A stretch of DNA of 64,000 nucleotides from Octopus sinensis. Lineage: Eukaryota. The translations under genes and the position numbers were made by a program. Of the stretch, positions 21,495 through 35,979 are shown one piece after another. A model generated the notes under the pieces. The model was not told where the DNA came from, made no database searches, and saw only the letters and a list, made by a program, of their open reading frames with translations. Every line of letters starts with the position of its first letter. Within the stretch, counting starts at the first letter, position 1. The stretch spans positions 39,432,001 to 39,496,000 of the forward strand of contig NC_043007.1 of assembly GCF_006345805.1 (NCBI RefSeq). The letters run 5' to 3'.

Positions 21495-21900
21495 GGCGCA
21501 GGAGTGGCTGTGTGGTAAGTAGCTTGTTTACCAACCACATGGTTCTGGGTTCAGTCCCACTGCGTGGCACCTTGGGCAAGTGTCTTCTGCTATAGCCTCG
21601 GGCCGACCAAAGCCTTGTGAGTGGATTTGGTAGACGGAAACTGAAAGAAGCCCGTCGTATATATGTATATATATATATGCGTGTGTGTGTGTTTGTGTGT
21701 CTGTGTTTGTCCCCTAGCATTGCTTGACAACCGATGCTGGTGTGTTTATGTCCCCGTTACTTCGCGGTTCGGCAAAAGGGACCGATAGAATAAGTACTGG
21801 GCTTACAAAAGAATAAGTCCCGGGGTCGAGTTGCTCGATTAAAGGCGGTGCTCCAGCATGGCCGCAGTCAAATGACTGAAACAAGTGAGAGTAAAAGAGT
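21494..21900 (+). mobile_element. SINE family A, full length, low divergence
   Basis: Near-identical to the 19875 copy. Confidence 0.92.
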
Positions 21901-22004
21901 ATATATAAAAGAGAATATATCAAATCGCGCACGCGCACACACACAAACACACACACATACACACACACATATATATAAAAACATATCATATCATGTGTAA
22001 ATAT

Positions 22005-22440
22005 AGTTGTGTGGTAAGAAGTTTGCTTCCTAACCACATATGGTTCCGGGTTCAGTCCTACAGACCGGCACTTCGGGCAACAAGCGTTTTCTTCAACTTA
22101 TACACGCGCAGACATGACAGGCATCTTTCAAGTTTCCGTCTAGCAAATCCAGTCATAAGATTTTAGTCGTCTCTAGCCTGTATGTGTGTGTGTGTGTGTC
22201 TGTGTGTGTGATCCCTAACACTGCTTGACAACCAGTGCTGGTATGTTTACGTCCATGTAACTAGTTTGTTTACTCAGCAGCTCGCCAAAAGAACCGATAG
22301 AATATGAATCAGGCTATAAAAAACATACTAAAAAGAAAAAAAAAACTATATGAGTACTGGCAGCGAATCACTCATCTGAAACCCTTCAAGGCAGTGCCCC
22401 AGCATGGCCGCAGTCCAATGACTGAAACAAGTAAAGGATT
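22005..22440 (+). mobile_element. SINE family A, degenerate
   Basis: gttgtgtggtaagaagtttgc...cagcatggccgcagtccaatgactgaaacaagtaaa. Confidence 0.7.
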
Positions 22441-23104
22441 CCACAGAATCTTCAATGTGTTTGTGTGTGCGTGTGTTCGCTGTTATAGTTTCGTCGTTGT
22501 CTTCGTTATTTCCATAACGATTCCCACACTTTCTGTCTCTGTCTCTCCCCCTCTCTCTATCTATGTCTCTCTCTCTCTCTCTCTCTTCTCTTTCTTTCTC
22601 TCTATCTCTCCTTATCGCTTTAATCGAGATGTTTTCTTGGACTTTTTTTCAACTTCGCTTCGCTTTCTTTTCTCTCTACCACTATCTCTCGCCGTTTTTA
22701 TTTTGCTCCTCGCATTTCCTCCTCCTCCCCTCTTCCTCCCCCTTCTTCTTCTTCTTCTTCTCATGTCCTTTTCTATTCAAACATATATATATATATATAG
22801 ATGTAAACCTGAATAACGCTCAAACACCACACAACACACACACACACACACTCACTCACATACAGATAACACAAACATACACATACATTTTGGTTTTACA
22901 GCATCTTCTCCCCCACACACACACACCACGACACTTTCTCTATGTATTTCTTCTTCTATTCTCTCCTTCGGTTTAACTTTCATTCACTTTTCGATCACGT
23001 CACTCATATCTTCATTTAATCATCTCTCTTATCTTTTTTCCCCCCAAGTCGCCTCTCGCTTTCTTCCTTTACACAGAAACTCAATCACACACACGCATAA
23101 AAAC

Positions 23105-23300
23105 ACTTTCTCTTCCCCTCTCTCATATTCACACACACTCTCCCTCTCTCATATTTACACACACACTCTCCCTCTCTCATATTCACATATACTCTCCCTC
23201 TCTCATATTCACACGCACTCTCCCTCTCTCATATTCACATACACTCTCCCTCTCTCATATTCACATACACTCACTCTCTCCCTCTCTCACATTCACTCTC
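23105..23300. repeat. ~26-bp minisatellite, about 7 copies
   Basis: ctctccctctctcatattcacacacact units. Confidence 0.9.
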
Positions 23301-24920
23301 TTTCGCCATCTCACACGCGCGATTCTTGGCCCGCTCGTGCCATCCATCTTAACGCATGACCGCACAGAGCAGTTGGTCAGGAGCCCCCACGGGCCTAGGC
23401 CGTCCCAAATGCTAATCTGTATCTGCAGCAGTTGTGTTACGTTGGGACCTCAGTGAATTGCTTTTCTTGGAGAGGTATACCGTGAAGATGGCCCTGTCGT
23501 GCCCAATCTGTCTATCTCATAATATACTTATAAATACTCCATCTCACGCACCAACTCATTCATTCTCTATCTATCTAGCTATCGCTCTCACAACCTCTCT
23601 TTATCTCATACACGCGCTCTCTGTCTATTTATCCATTTGTCTCACTCACTCTCTCCATTTTTTCTCGTTTTCATACACTCTTTCGATCATACTCGCTCTG
23701 TTTATCTCAGACCGCACTCGCCGTTCCTCCATACACTTGTCTATTTGCTTCTCATCAGTCTTTGATCTCTTTATCACTTCACCATTCTCCTTTCTCTCTC
23801 TCTCTCACCACATCTTTTACCTACTTTTTTTCTCCATTCTACTTGCTTACTCCAAGATTACGAAAAGTCAGAAAGGTAACGCTAACAGGCTTCCATAGTT
23901 TTATTCTTATTATCATTAATAACAACAAAACTATTATCGTCATCATTATCATCACACTCTTTTCTTCCTTTGATTTTCTTCCCCTTCATCTTCGTTCATC
24001 TCTTCTCCAGCTTCTTCTTCTCCTCCTCCTACCACTCCTACTTCTTCTTCTCATCCTTTCCCTCCCCTCCTTCTTCTCAAGATCTTACTCCTCTCCTCAG
24101 CCGTGTGGCTAACAAAGCACGCATGCGCTCAGCTCCCACCACCCCTTCCTTATAATCTTTCTCCTCCTCGTGCTTCTCCTTCTCCTCCTCCTCCGCCTCC
24201 ACGTCTTTACGTTTTCCTTGTCTTTTCTCCTTTTTCTTCTCCTCTTTTATCTCCTCTTTCTCGCTCTCTCTCGTTCATATACACTCTCTCGTTTATTTTA
24301 CTTTCTTTTTCTCCTTCTTTGATTCTATTCCCTCTCTATCTGTCTTGTTGCACCCTCACTTTCTTTGTATTTTCCTTTCCTCCTCATCCCATTTCTTTTT
24401 CTCATTTCTCTTTTTTCTTTATCCTCTTTTCTTGTCTTGTCCTTCCTCCTCCTCCGGCTTCAACTCCACCGCCATCACCACTGACTTCATCACTCCTTCC
24501 CCCTCTCTTTTTCTTCTTAAAAGCCGTCTTCTACTTTCTACTCCTACTACTTCTTCCTTCTCCTTCTACTTATGTCTTCACCTTCTCCCCCTTCTTCGTC
24601 TTCTCCTCTGTCTTCTCCTTCTGCTTCACCTTTACTCTTACTCTCTCTCTTTCTCCTCCTACCGCCACCGTCACCGCTATAACTGCGTTACCGTCGTCAC
24701 ATCAAGAGGCTTTCTTTCTTCCTTCCTCTCTCTCTCTCTTTCTTTTTGGTGTCGCTGTTGTTGTTGTTGTTCCTTCCCCCCTCCAATCAACGAATTTCTT
24801 TGTTATTCTTCGGGTTTTGTAAACTTGTCATAAGTTCCTCGACCGACAAGCGACAGAAACAAGTTGTTTTTTTCCTTCTAGAAGGGCAGCTTCTAAGAGG
24901 TAAAAAGAAATAATAACCTA

Positions 24921-25003
<83 letters not shown>

Positions 25004-25549
25004 GTTATTTGTTTTTGTTGTGTTCGTTCGATCCTCGTTCGTTCACTCTATTTATTCATTCATTCACTCGTTCTTTTTTCATTCATGCGTTAATTTATTC
25101 GGTCATTCACTTATAATAATAATAATAATAATATTTATTATATATACTAATTCGTTCGTATACTACTCATTCATTCGCTCGTTCCTTCATTCAGATGTTT
25201 ATTTGTCAATTTTATTTGTAGTTTGTTTTTTTCCTCCGTTTTATTTTTTTATCGTTTTATTTTTTTTTTTTCCCCTCACTTTTCCTCCATCAATTCACTT
25301 TTTTTTTCCCCTTTCGAGCGCCGAGCGAGAGAGGAAGGATCCTCTTCGAAGTCGAAGACGAAATATACAAACAACAACAACACAAATCATATGATAATAA
25401 AAAAAAAATTATCTATACACACAACACACACATATCGAGTGAAAGATAAACACAGATTCGCGCGCACTCACGTACGCAAATCATAAACAAACTATACCTT
25501 ATTCAATTGATCTGTACTGTGGTTCTATCTATCTATCTATCTATCTATC

Positions 25550-25583
<34 letters not shown>

Positions 25584-25798
25584 ATATATCATATATAATA
25601 TATTATCTGTTTGTGTGTGTGTTGTGTGTATGTTGCTGAATAGTGTTTTTTTTGCTGAAATCCCATCAACAGCTAACAGATCACTATATGAATGTATGTG
25701 TATGTATGATAAGTACACGTATTAAGTTATATATATTAATATTTACAACACACTCATATCTCCATTCACCTACCTTTATTATAGATTGTTTATGTATG

Positions 25799-25842
<44 letters not shown>

Positions 25843-26057
25843 TACACGCACATTTACATACTTGCACTCAGGAGTGATGAGTACAATGTTGGTGAAAGTG
25901 GCTGACATATTCGGATTGAATCAATCGGATCTATATCCAAGTGCCGATACTTCTTCAGTTAAGCATATCTAGGGCTGAGCATTTCCCCCTGTCCACCAAG
26001 AGTATGCGTCCGTCCGTCCGTCCGTTCGTTCGTTCGCTCGTTCGTTCGTTCGCTCGT

Positions 26058-26157
26058 NNNNNNNNNNNNNNNNNNNNNNNNNNNNNNNNNNNNNNNNNNN
26101 NNNNNNNNNNNNNNNNNNNNNNNNNNNNNNNNNNNNNNNNNNNNNNNNNNNNNNNNN
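26058..26157. other. Assembly gap (100 N)
   Basis: Run of exactly 100 N between (TTCG)n and (TA)n tracts; the round number suggests a placeholder for unknown length. Confidence 0.98.
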
Positions 26158-26169
26158 ATACATACATAT

Positions 26170-26225
<56 letters not shown>

Positions 26226-26252
26226 ATACAATATATATATATATATCATATA

Positions 26253-26293
<41 letters not shown>

Positions 26294-26551
26294 TATATAA
26301 GATAATATATAGATATAATATATATATATATATATATACACACATGTGTGTGTGTGTGTGTGCGTATTTTTTTTTATTCTTCAAAGAATGGAGTAAGTGG
26401 AGCAAAACACACACGGAAACGAAAAGTGTCGCTGAAGAGGTCACAGATGTGTGACGAAAGATTTCCGGACAATGGACAGGCGTTAAAATAATAAAATAAA
26501 AAGAGTTAAAAGCGAGTGAAAAAAAACACGTGTGTGTGTGTGTGTGTGTGT

Positions 26552-26600
<49 letters not shown>

Positions 26601-26971
26601 GTGTGTGTGCGTGTGTGTGTGTTTGAGTGTGTGTGTGTGTGTGTTTTTTGTGTGCGTGTGTTCCTAGAGTACAGTATAGATTCGTCCACCTCAGAATAGC
26701 CCAGTACTATCGGTACTGGTATTATTATATACTTCGGACCCTAAAATTGGGCATCCGACGAGTGTGAATAGAAAAAAATATTGAACGGTTCTTTGTAAGC
26801 CTAGTACTTATTCTCTCGGGCTCGTCTGCACGGCTGGATACACCTGAACCAGTTTTTGTGTGTCCCACAATAGGAGTCGATGCTAGATGTATCGAAACAA
26901 TTGTCGTGATTAATAATATATTCTCGTATATTCCATCTTCTCTCTTTCATTTGTTATATATATATATATAT

Positions 26972-27140
26972 ATACGACGCGCTTCTTTCAGTTTCCGTCT
27001 ACTAAATTCACTCACAAGGCTTTGGTCAGCCCGAGGCTATAGTAGAAGACACTTGTCCAAGGTGCCACGCAGTAGGACTGACCCTGGAACCATGTGATTG
27101 GGAAGCAAGCTTCTTGTCACACAGCCACGCCTGCGCCTAT
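26972..27140 (-). mobile_element. SINE family A 5' half; a 3' fragment lies at 26789-26822
   Basis: acgacgcgcttctttcagtttccg...cacagccacgcctgcgcct. Confidence 0.85.
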
Positions 27141-28589
27141 CATGACATTTTAGAGCAAAGTTGATCAAATGTAAAATGTATTCGACAGATATTTGACATA
27201 ACTGATATTTCAGTTGTATTTTGGGGATTTAATAGCCTTTATGCCTTTAGTACATATCTTAGATTGTGCAATCATAAACACCACAATGTAACCTGATATA
27301 AGGATCATGTTGATATTTGCATCGTTTTTAGTTTTCCGGAAAACATAGCCACATACCCATACATAACATCTTGCTGGTATGAAAAGCGTGTGACAGTATT
27401 TTATATGCAGCTTGTACGGTGGCATATTCCCTGCATCAGCTGTCATCTAGAGATCACACTGGTTTCAGCATCTTCTTACAGTACCGCTCCTTCGAACGCA
27501 ACCGAGCAGTATTGATGTTACCACAAATGTCCGTGTCGTTTTGGCTCTTAAACGTAGTACGCTTTTTTCCAATCCATTCTTAAAGTCTTAAAATTACACA
27601 TCATTGAGAAGTTAGTCATTCCATGGGGGGAAGAAGGATAGAGGAATTAAGGACAGTGACTGCGCGAACCAAACAGTTAGGTCAAAGAGTTTTGTTATGC
27701 TTTAAGATACATATCAAGAAAATAATATTTCATCTTTGGAATGGAAGTTGAAGAAAATGATGGATTCATTCTACGGATAGATTTATCTTTGTATTCTGAA
27801 CTTGTAAGAAGAAGGATTTAATAAAAAAAAAATAATAATAATAAACTGAAGAAGACAACTATTGTATGTAAACACCGTTGCCGAACTCACACATTCGCAG
27901 ACTTTTGAGAAAAATACATAAAACAAAACAACCGAAAAAGTTATTCTGGTGTTAATTGTAAACACGAAATGTGGTTTCGACGAAAAATAAGAATTAAAAG
28001 ACATCGTAACAGCCACCAGCACAACAAAAACAACATGAATAATGAAACAAAAAGCGTTGGGTGGTAGTGAGGTGAATGTCTGGTGTAAGGGTCTAATTGT
28101 ACATTGTTGTATATGAGTTATTTGATAGGTTGTTTGTTTTACTTTTTGCTGTGTTTGTTTGTTTTTTTTCTTTCTGGTGGTGGGGTGTCTTTTTGTAACA
28201 ATTCAAAAAAAAAAGCAAAAGGAAAACAGAGACTTGTTTTGCTAGAACTATCGAAGAATATGGCGAATATTGAGAACAGGCATAGAATCGTTAACTTCCT
28301 GATCTTAGGTTAATGGTTTGTGGACGATATTTTCTAGAAGGAAAAAAGTATAAAAAAATAAAATAATCCGACAATACCAAAAAAATTATCCAAACATGAA
28401 TATTAAAACAAAAAAAAAAAGACACATGCAGACACTCACACATACCCACACATACACATACATACACAAAGAGATTTAATGAAGGAGAAGAACAAGTAGA
28501 AGAAAATGACGAAGAGGGCTAAATAAATATATAAAGGAATAAATTGATGATAATGATAATTAAGATGATAATTATTGTAATGTTGATGA

Positions 28590-28837
28590 GAATGTGGAGA
28601 ACTCCGACGACGACGACGATGACGACGGAGACTTTGATAAGAATAGTCGGGGGAATGGGGGGAGGGAAGCGGGGAGATGGTAGTGGGGGATAATTGTGAT
28701 GAGAATCATGAGGAGGATTTCTTGATGAAGACGTTGTTGTTGTTGTTGTTGTTGATGATGATGGTAATGATGATGATGGTGGTGATGATGAATAGATGTT
28801 TCGTTAGCATCATCACCAATCCCGCCACCACTACCAC

Positions 28838-28872
<35 letters not shown>

Positions 28873-29180
28873 ACACCAACACCACCACAACTATCATCAT
28901 GAACATCATCATCTTCGTTGTTATTACCATCATCATAACCATCATCATTATCATCATCATCACCGTCATCATCATCATCCCCACCATCACCACCACTGCC
29001 TTCACATCTACCACCATCAGCATCACCACCACTACCACCACCACAACTATCATCATGAACATCATCATTATAACCTTCATCATCATCATCATCATCATCA
29101 TCCCCACCATCACCACCACTCCCTTCACATCTACCACCATCACCATCACCACCACAACAACCACCACCACCACCACCACC

Positions 29181-29214
<34 letters not shown>

Positions 29215-29566
29215 TCATCAACCACAACAATAGCAACATCAACCTCATGCCTAAAGAAGATCATAACAAGGATGATAGAGAAATGATTTCGTCGTCGTCG
29301 TCGTCGTTGTTGTTATTGCTGTTGTTGTTTAGCCCCAGGTCATTCATTCCAGATACAACAACCGTCATTTCAGCCATGACGCCTATGTCGAGCTTTCAGG
29401 AATACCCGATCTACGCCTATAATTTGGTGGTGGTGGTGGTAGTGGTGGTGGAACTGAGGATGATGATGATGATGACGACGACGACGACGATGATGATGAT
29501 GATGATAATGATGATGATGATGATGATGATGATGACGACGACGACGACGACGACAATGATGGTGCT

Positions 29567-29627
<61 letters not shown>

Positions 29628-29650
29628 CTGCCTTGTGAATCATTAAGTAT
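28590..29650. repeat. Trinucleotide microsatellite field with an internal block duplication
   Basis: catcccaccatcaccaccact(g/c)ccttcacatctaccaccatca at ~28977 and ~29099. Confidence 0.9.
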
Positions 29651-29942
29651 GATCACACAGCAACGAGGATGAAAGAGTGCGGTGGGGGGTGGGGGTAAAA
29701 GTGAAAGAAAGAAAAGAGATAAGGAGAAAAAACGCAGAAAGAAAGAGACACAGAGATAAAGAGAGGGGGGAGAGAGAGAAAGAGAGTAAGAGAGAGAGAA
29801 GCTGAGAAAAAGGAAACGAAAAGGAAAAGAGAGAGAATTAAAAGAAATAAACTGTTTTTTGTAAAAAAAAAAAGACGAGACAAATGGAAATATCTAATTT
29901 ACAATAGTGGTGTGTCTCTCTTTGTATATATACACAAACATG

Positions 29943-30832
29943 CAAGGGTTATCCAAAAGTAACCGGGAAAGTTCTCTGTTGGACAAGCCCGTAGTAGTTC
30001 AAGCTCCCGCCGCTAGAAGCCGCTTGATGCAACCCTCTGGTATCAGTATGCCGATCGGTGTCGTCGGCTAAGATCGTAATTCCGCGCGGTGCGTATTTAT
30101 TTTGCTGTGCTTCTCCCCTGTTCGTCGAAATTGGGGATGGCTGAAACGAAGGGACAGCCTGCTTCTGTGACATTTTGTTTTCTACAGAGGAAAACGGTGG
30201 CCGAAACAGTTGTCATGCTTCAAACAACTTACAAGGCGGCTGTCATGAGCAAAACAGAATTTTACGAGTGGTTTCCACGCTTTAGGAATGGTCACTTGAC
30301 GTTTGAAGACCAGCTTCGTTCAGGACGACCGTCGACCGCCCAAACGAATGAAGACATCGTGGAAATTAATGAACTGATCTTGGAGAACCGTCACCGAACA
30401 ATTGACGAACTTGTTGATATCATTGGTGTGTTCTGGAGCTCCTGCCAACGAATTTTGAGTGAGGAATTGTGAATGAAAAGAGTTGCAGCAAAATTTGTGC
30501 CTCGCTTGCTCACAGAAGATCAAAAGCAGTCACGACTGAATGCGTATCGTGAACTGAGAGAACAGCTGAAAGTTGATCCTGACCTTTTTTCGGTGAAAGC
30601 TGGTGCTACGGAATTTGCAGATGTGGAAGAGGTGAAGAAAAAAAAAACGACATGGGTGTTAAAAGACATCACTTTGCAAGAGTTCCAGCACTATTTCGAA
30701 CAGTGGAAAACACGTCTGGATCGATGCGTTGCTTCAATTGGGGAATACTTTGAAGGCTATAAAGGTGTAAACATGTAAAACTAAGTGAATAAAATAATAT
30801 TGCAAAATTCCGGTTTCTTTTGGGTACGCCGT
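29943..30832 (+). mobile_element. Internally deleted mariner (DD34D-type) element
   Basis: Imperfect TIRs (aagggttatccaaaagtaaccgg / ccggtttcttttgggtacgccgt). HTH region WFPRFRNG..EDQLRSGRPS, linker KFVPRLLT and C-terminal EQWKTRLDRCVASIGEYFEG are present; the catalytic core is missing and there is a stop at 30470-30472. Confidence 0.85.
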
Positions 30833-30884
30833 CCCCGCCCGCACATGCGTACTCGGATACTAGCTTTTTTATTCCTTTTTTTTT

Positions 30885-31539
30885 TTTTTTACTTGTTTCA
30901 GTCATTTGGCTGCGGCTATGCTGGAGTACCGTCTTGAAAGGTTTTAATTGAACAAATCGACCCGAGGACTTTTTTTCTCGTTAAGCCTAGTACTTATTCT
31001 AGCAGCCTCTCATGCCGAACCGGTTGTCAAGCGGTGATGAGGGGACAGATACAGACGCAAAGGCAGACACACACATGTATGTGTATATATCATATATATT
31101 AGCGATTTTCTTCACTAGTTCAGGGAATGACGACCCTGCCTGACACGAGTCCCGGGCTCAGCTGGCTCCAGCTAACAGTACCTGGTATGGGCCCCTATCT
31201 AGGGTTACGGAAAGGAGACAACCTTCAAAGAAATCCGGAGTGGAGCCCTGTGGGCGGTTTAGTGTTCGACTCAACTCTCTTCTGGCAACTCCTGCAACCA
31301 AGCTGGTGCCAAACGTAATGCTCTGCACCCCTTTGGACTACGTCAACAAGGTCGAGAGAGGAATCCTGACGATTGGGCTACCCAGGTTTTTCTTACATCT
31401 AGCCCAGTCCTGCGCAAAACTGGAGAGGATATGAAATGTAAAAACCAGACTGGATTAGTCTATGCGCAACTCCATTGTCTCCCGAGACAAAGGATGCCAA
31501 CAACACAACAACAAACAACAAGATAATATATATATATAT

Positions 31540-31582
<43 letters not shown>

Positions 31583-32062
31583 AATATATGTTATGTAATA
31601 TATACATACATACATCAAATGGATGTGTTAAAAACTGTTCCACACATACAATAACAGCCGTACCAACAATCCAACATACCTCTTTCATCAGCTGCCAAAC
31701 TAATATCACTATGGTTTCGACACCTGGGGCCGTACCATTCAATCCGACAATGTCAATGCCACTAAAATAAGCGTTGTTTGGGAACAAACATACCCTAGAT
31801 ATCACCACATTCATTCAATCTTAATTCTAGGAAGGATTAAACACTAACATTATTAATCGAACTACAGCAAAGAACACACATTTACTCTATGTACAAAACA
31901 GTATCGGTAAATTAATTTTATAAGTAAACCTATAAGTAACTCCTAAATTATGTAACTAAATAGCGACCTAGCCCTTGAAGTCCATACAGACAACATCCCC
32001 ATCAGTCTTCCATAGCTATTAATATAAAAGTGAAAGCTTTTATATTCTATCTCTCCAAACAA

Positions 32063-32107
<45 letters not shown>

Positions 32108-32151
32108 TATATATATATAATATATATATATTATATATATATATATATATA

Positions 32152-32196
<45 letters not shown>

Positions 32197-32330
32197 GAGA
32201 CTGTCTTCATTCAGTTTCCTCCACCAAATCCACTCGCAAGGCTTTGGTCAGCCTGAGGCTATAGTAGAAACCCAAAGTTCCACGCAGTGGGAATGAACCC
32301 GGAACCATGAGGTGTGGAAGCAAGCTTCTT
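30885..32330 (-). mobile_element. SINE family A split by ~1.1 kb of insertions
   Basis: 3' half at 30885-31075, 5' half at 32195-32330. Confidence 0.7.
31087..31520 (+). mobile_element. Probable non-autonomous retroelement (RTE-related?) with (CAA)n tail
   Basis: GC-rich block ending tgtctcccgagacaaaggatgc-caacaacacaacaac inside a SINE microsatellite; the RTE link is from recall only. Confidence 0.3.
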
Positions 32331-32527
32331 TATTTCATTAAATTAGCCATAAAGGCTTTACACAGATAGAAGCAGTTGCGGGTTGGACAAAACACAAATG
32401 AGATGAATGATAAGTAAAATAAATGATATTGATGAGGGAAGGCAAACGACTCCCACCGATCGCTGCTTCCCGAAAGCTTCTTACCACACAGCCACGCTTG
32501 CGCCTATATAGATAGACAGACAGACAA

Positions 32528-32628
<101 letters not shown>

Positions 32629-32641
32629 AGTGTGTGTGTGT

Positions 32642-32795
32642 GTGATAACTCAGTGGTCAGAGCATCGGGATTATTGTGAGGTTGTGAGTTCGATTCCTGG
32701 ACCCAGCTGTGTTGTGTTCTTGAGCAAGACACTTTATTTCACATTGCTCCTGTTCACTTGTGACATCACTGGTGCCAAGCCGTATCGGTCTGACG
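32642..32795 (+). mobile_element. SINE family C 5' part
   Basis: A-box-like taactcagtggtcagagc, B box gagttcgattcc, then gtgttcttgagcaagacactttatttcac. Confidence 0.75.
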
Positions 32796-32916
32796 CGGAC
32801 GAAGCTAAGGTGTGCAAGTGCGTGTATGCATGTCAGAATGGTGTGGGTAAGAGTGTGTATATGTGAATGGAGGAGCGTATGTATGTATGTGTGGGCGAGC
32901 TGAAAACTATGTGAAC

Positions 32917-32977
<61 letters not shown>

Positions 32978-33940
32978 CTAACCTAGTACGTGCATTATGT
33001 GGAATGATATGAGTTTCGTGTACTGGTGTTTATATGTGTATATGCGAATGGACGTGTATATGTATGTGTGGAAATTAAGGAGTGAGAAAAACAGGCATAG
33101 GATACACATTTTCATTTAGGTTTCCTTGTTACGAAGTTCTTAAAAGTTTTCTATTGAGTGCTAATCATATTTAGCACGATTTCATTCTTTTCCGAAATCG
33201 CCTGTATGACAACTACAGTTATATTATTTCAGCATTTTATGAAGCCAGATATTTATTGTAGATCTTTGTATAGTGTATTGTTTGGTACTCAGTTCAGAGA
33301 GAGGTAAACATCTTTTAATGAATACGGGAATTTTATGTGGACTACTTCGAGTTTCATGCACGGAATGTGCAGTACATTGACATGTTACCTAGGAATGGAA
33401 CCTGAAGTATTGCCAGATCGTGCACAGTTCACAATACAAAAACCTTCTGAGTACAGCACGTTCCGAGCATGAAACTTAAAGTAGCTTATGTGTAACTCCT
33501 GTTATACATATGTGTGCACTCTCTTGTCTTTCCTGCCTATTTCTACTCTCCTGTGGGATAAATTGTATGAGTATAATGTGACGGTCTGGATATACTACAC
33601 TCTTATCTTTGGCCAATCTACTTTTGTACTCCCGTAGACTCTGGTGATGTCTCTAACAGAGCTATAAATGTTGGTTGGTGTTTGTCCAGGTTGAGTAATG
33701 TCTGGACAATTAGTGATAAAGATTGTGAGGAGTGAAGCTTGCTTGCAGCAACAAACTATGTCCCTTGCAAGGAGAGGAGGAAGCTATCCTCACACCGGGG
33801 ATCTGGCTCGATTTCTTGCAACAGAGAAGGGTCCACTGAAGGTTCACTAAGAGCCAAATCGTGGTATTAAACCGGATGACGACACAAGATTAAGTCGACC
33901 ACCATTTCGGTTTGATTACAATATGTGTTGCTGCTGCTGC

Positions 33941-34312
33941 TTGTTTGTTTGTTGAGCGAAGCGGTCTTCGTCTCAGAGTGGGAGAAGTGCGAAACTTGGC
34001 CCTTTGCTATTCGTAAGACCCGCAGAAGAGAAAGCAGGTCAACCCCCGACACCGAGAGCATCGACGGATGGATGTATGTGCATCCGGGCTCAGCAGTTGC
34101 GTAGGAAGTCGGGGACTAGAAACAGGAAGAAAGAATGAGAGAAAGTTGGGGCGAAAGAGTACAACAGGGGTCGCCACCACCCCCTGCCGGAGCCTCATGA
34201 AGCTTTTAGGTATTTTCGCTCAATAAACACACACAACGCCCGGTCTGGGAATCGAAACCGGGTTCCTCCGACCGCGAGTCCGCTGCCCTAATCATTGGGC
34301 CATTGCGCCCCC
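33941..34312 (-). mobile_element. SINE family D (tRNA-derived)
   Basis: Minus head ggggcgcaatggcccaatgattagg (A box) and ggtttcgattcc (B box), GC-rich body; ctgctgctgc on both flanks. Confidence 0.75.
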
Positions 34313-34537
34313 ACTGCTGCTGCTGCCGCTGTTGTTGTTGTCTTGCCCCAGGTCAGCAAATTTGTTTGAGCAATCTATGATTCGAGACATTCTAGAAATG
34401 ACCAATACTTTTTCCACCTATTTGCCTTTGCAAATAGGTGGAAAACGTCTAGATTATCAAACGTGTGCTATATATATTTTTGAAGATGATAGTGTGAGGT
34501 CTGTGGTAGACTTCGGCTATTATTATTAGCAGGTTTT

Positions 34538-34750
34538 AGGGCGGCGAACTGGCAGAATCGTTTGTAGGCTAGATAAAATGCTTAACGCTATTTCGTCCGT
34601 CTCTACGTTCTGAGTTCAAATTCCACCAAGGCCGACATTACCTCTCATCTTTTGGGGGTTCGATAAAATAAGTACCAGTCGATCACTAGGGTCAATGTAA
34701 TTGACTTATCCTCTCCTCCGAAATTGTTGGCCTTGGGCCAAAATTTGAAA
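34538..34750 (+). mobile_element. SINE family B, subfamily-2 tail
   Basis: gggcggcgaactggcagaatcg...ttctgagttcaaattcc...cgataaaataagtaccag...ggccttgggccaaaatttgaaac. Confidence 0.8.
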
Positions 34751-34789
34751 CTATTATTAGCATGTTGTGCAACGGATCCCTCTCTGGCT

Positions 34790-35037
34790 TATTATGGAAG
34801 TGGTGGTGGTAGTGATGTTAACTGCGGTTGTGGTGGAGGACGTAAGGGTTGTGGTAATGGTGGTGGTGCTGCTGCTGGGGGTGCTGGTGATAATGATGAT
34901 GATGAGGAGGAGGAGGATAAGGTGATAGTGATGGCGAAGATGGTACTTGTGAGGGTGGTCTTAGAATCTGGAGTTGTGAGGGAGATCATCGTGTCAGTTG
35001 TGATTGTGATGGTAGGGGTGATGACGATCATCATCAC

Positions 35038-35079
<42 letters not shown>

Positions 35080-35925
35080 TATCATCATCATCTTCATCTT
35101 CATCGTCATCATCATCATCATAGGGTGGTAGTGGTGATGGTGGTGGTAATGTCGGTAGTGATGACCACGATGATGATAGTTACAGATATGGAGATGGTGG
35201 TGACGGTGTGGGAGGGTACAACAGTGGCATTAATGATGATGGCTGTGATGATGATGATGATGATGATGATGTGATGACGATGACGACGACGACGACGACG
35301 ATGACGACAAAGACGCTAACCACAATAACGAGGACGATGAGATGGCGACGGCGCGGATGATAATGATGATGATAAGGCAGAGGAGGTGGAGATGGAGGTG
35401 GAGAAGGAGGTGGAGGTGAAGAAGAAGGTGGAGGTGGAGAAGGAGGTGGGGTGGAGAAGGAGGTGGAAGTGGAGAAGGAGGTGGAGGTGAAGGTGAGGAG
35501 GACGACGACGACGATAATGATGATGAGGAAAATGACGTTGATGATGCTGATAACGGTGATGACAATGATGACGATGATGATAGTTGTGATGATGATAGTT
35601 GACGGAGATGAACATGAGATGGCAGAGGTAATGGCGGTGGTGGTGGTGGTGGTGGCGATGGCGATGGTAGTGGTAGTGGTGGCTGTGGTAATTGTGGTGG
35701 TGGTGGTGATGGTGGTTGTAAGGAGGGGGTGGAGGCGGTGGTGGTGACGTTAATGGCGACGGCGGTGGTGGTGGTGGCAGTAGCAGTGGTGATGGTGGTG
35801 GTGGTGGTGGTGGTGGTGGTCGTTGGCTTTTACTATCACTTAGTGATTCATTAGAAAAATTTCCCTTTGAATCTGAAAATGTTGGTCAGAGAATCTTTAA
35901 AAAATAAACAAAAACGACGACGACG

Positions 35926-35979
<54 letters not shown>

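Noticed and set aside
22520-25480. Promoter or 5' UTR (pyrimidine tracts, gcacgcatgcgc near 24117)
   Set aside because: Mostly low complexity; a single short motif with no linked exon is insufficient.
28572-29672. 230-331 aa poly-D/G/T/I/M ORFs
   Set aside because: Trinucleotide microsatellite field, open in multiple frames, with no splice or domain evidence.
31680-31740. Minus-strand GAAA...CTGATGA as a type II/III hammerhead
   Set aside because: Stems I and III and a cleavage triplet could not be formed.
34240-34312. tRNA gene
   Set aside because: A and B boxes are present, but no proper cloverleaf or terminator, and it continues into a SINE body.
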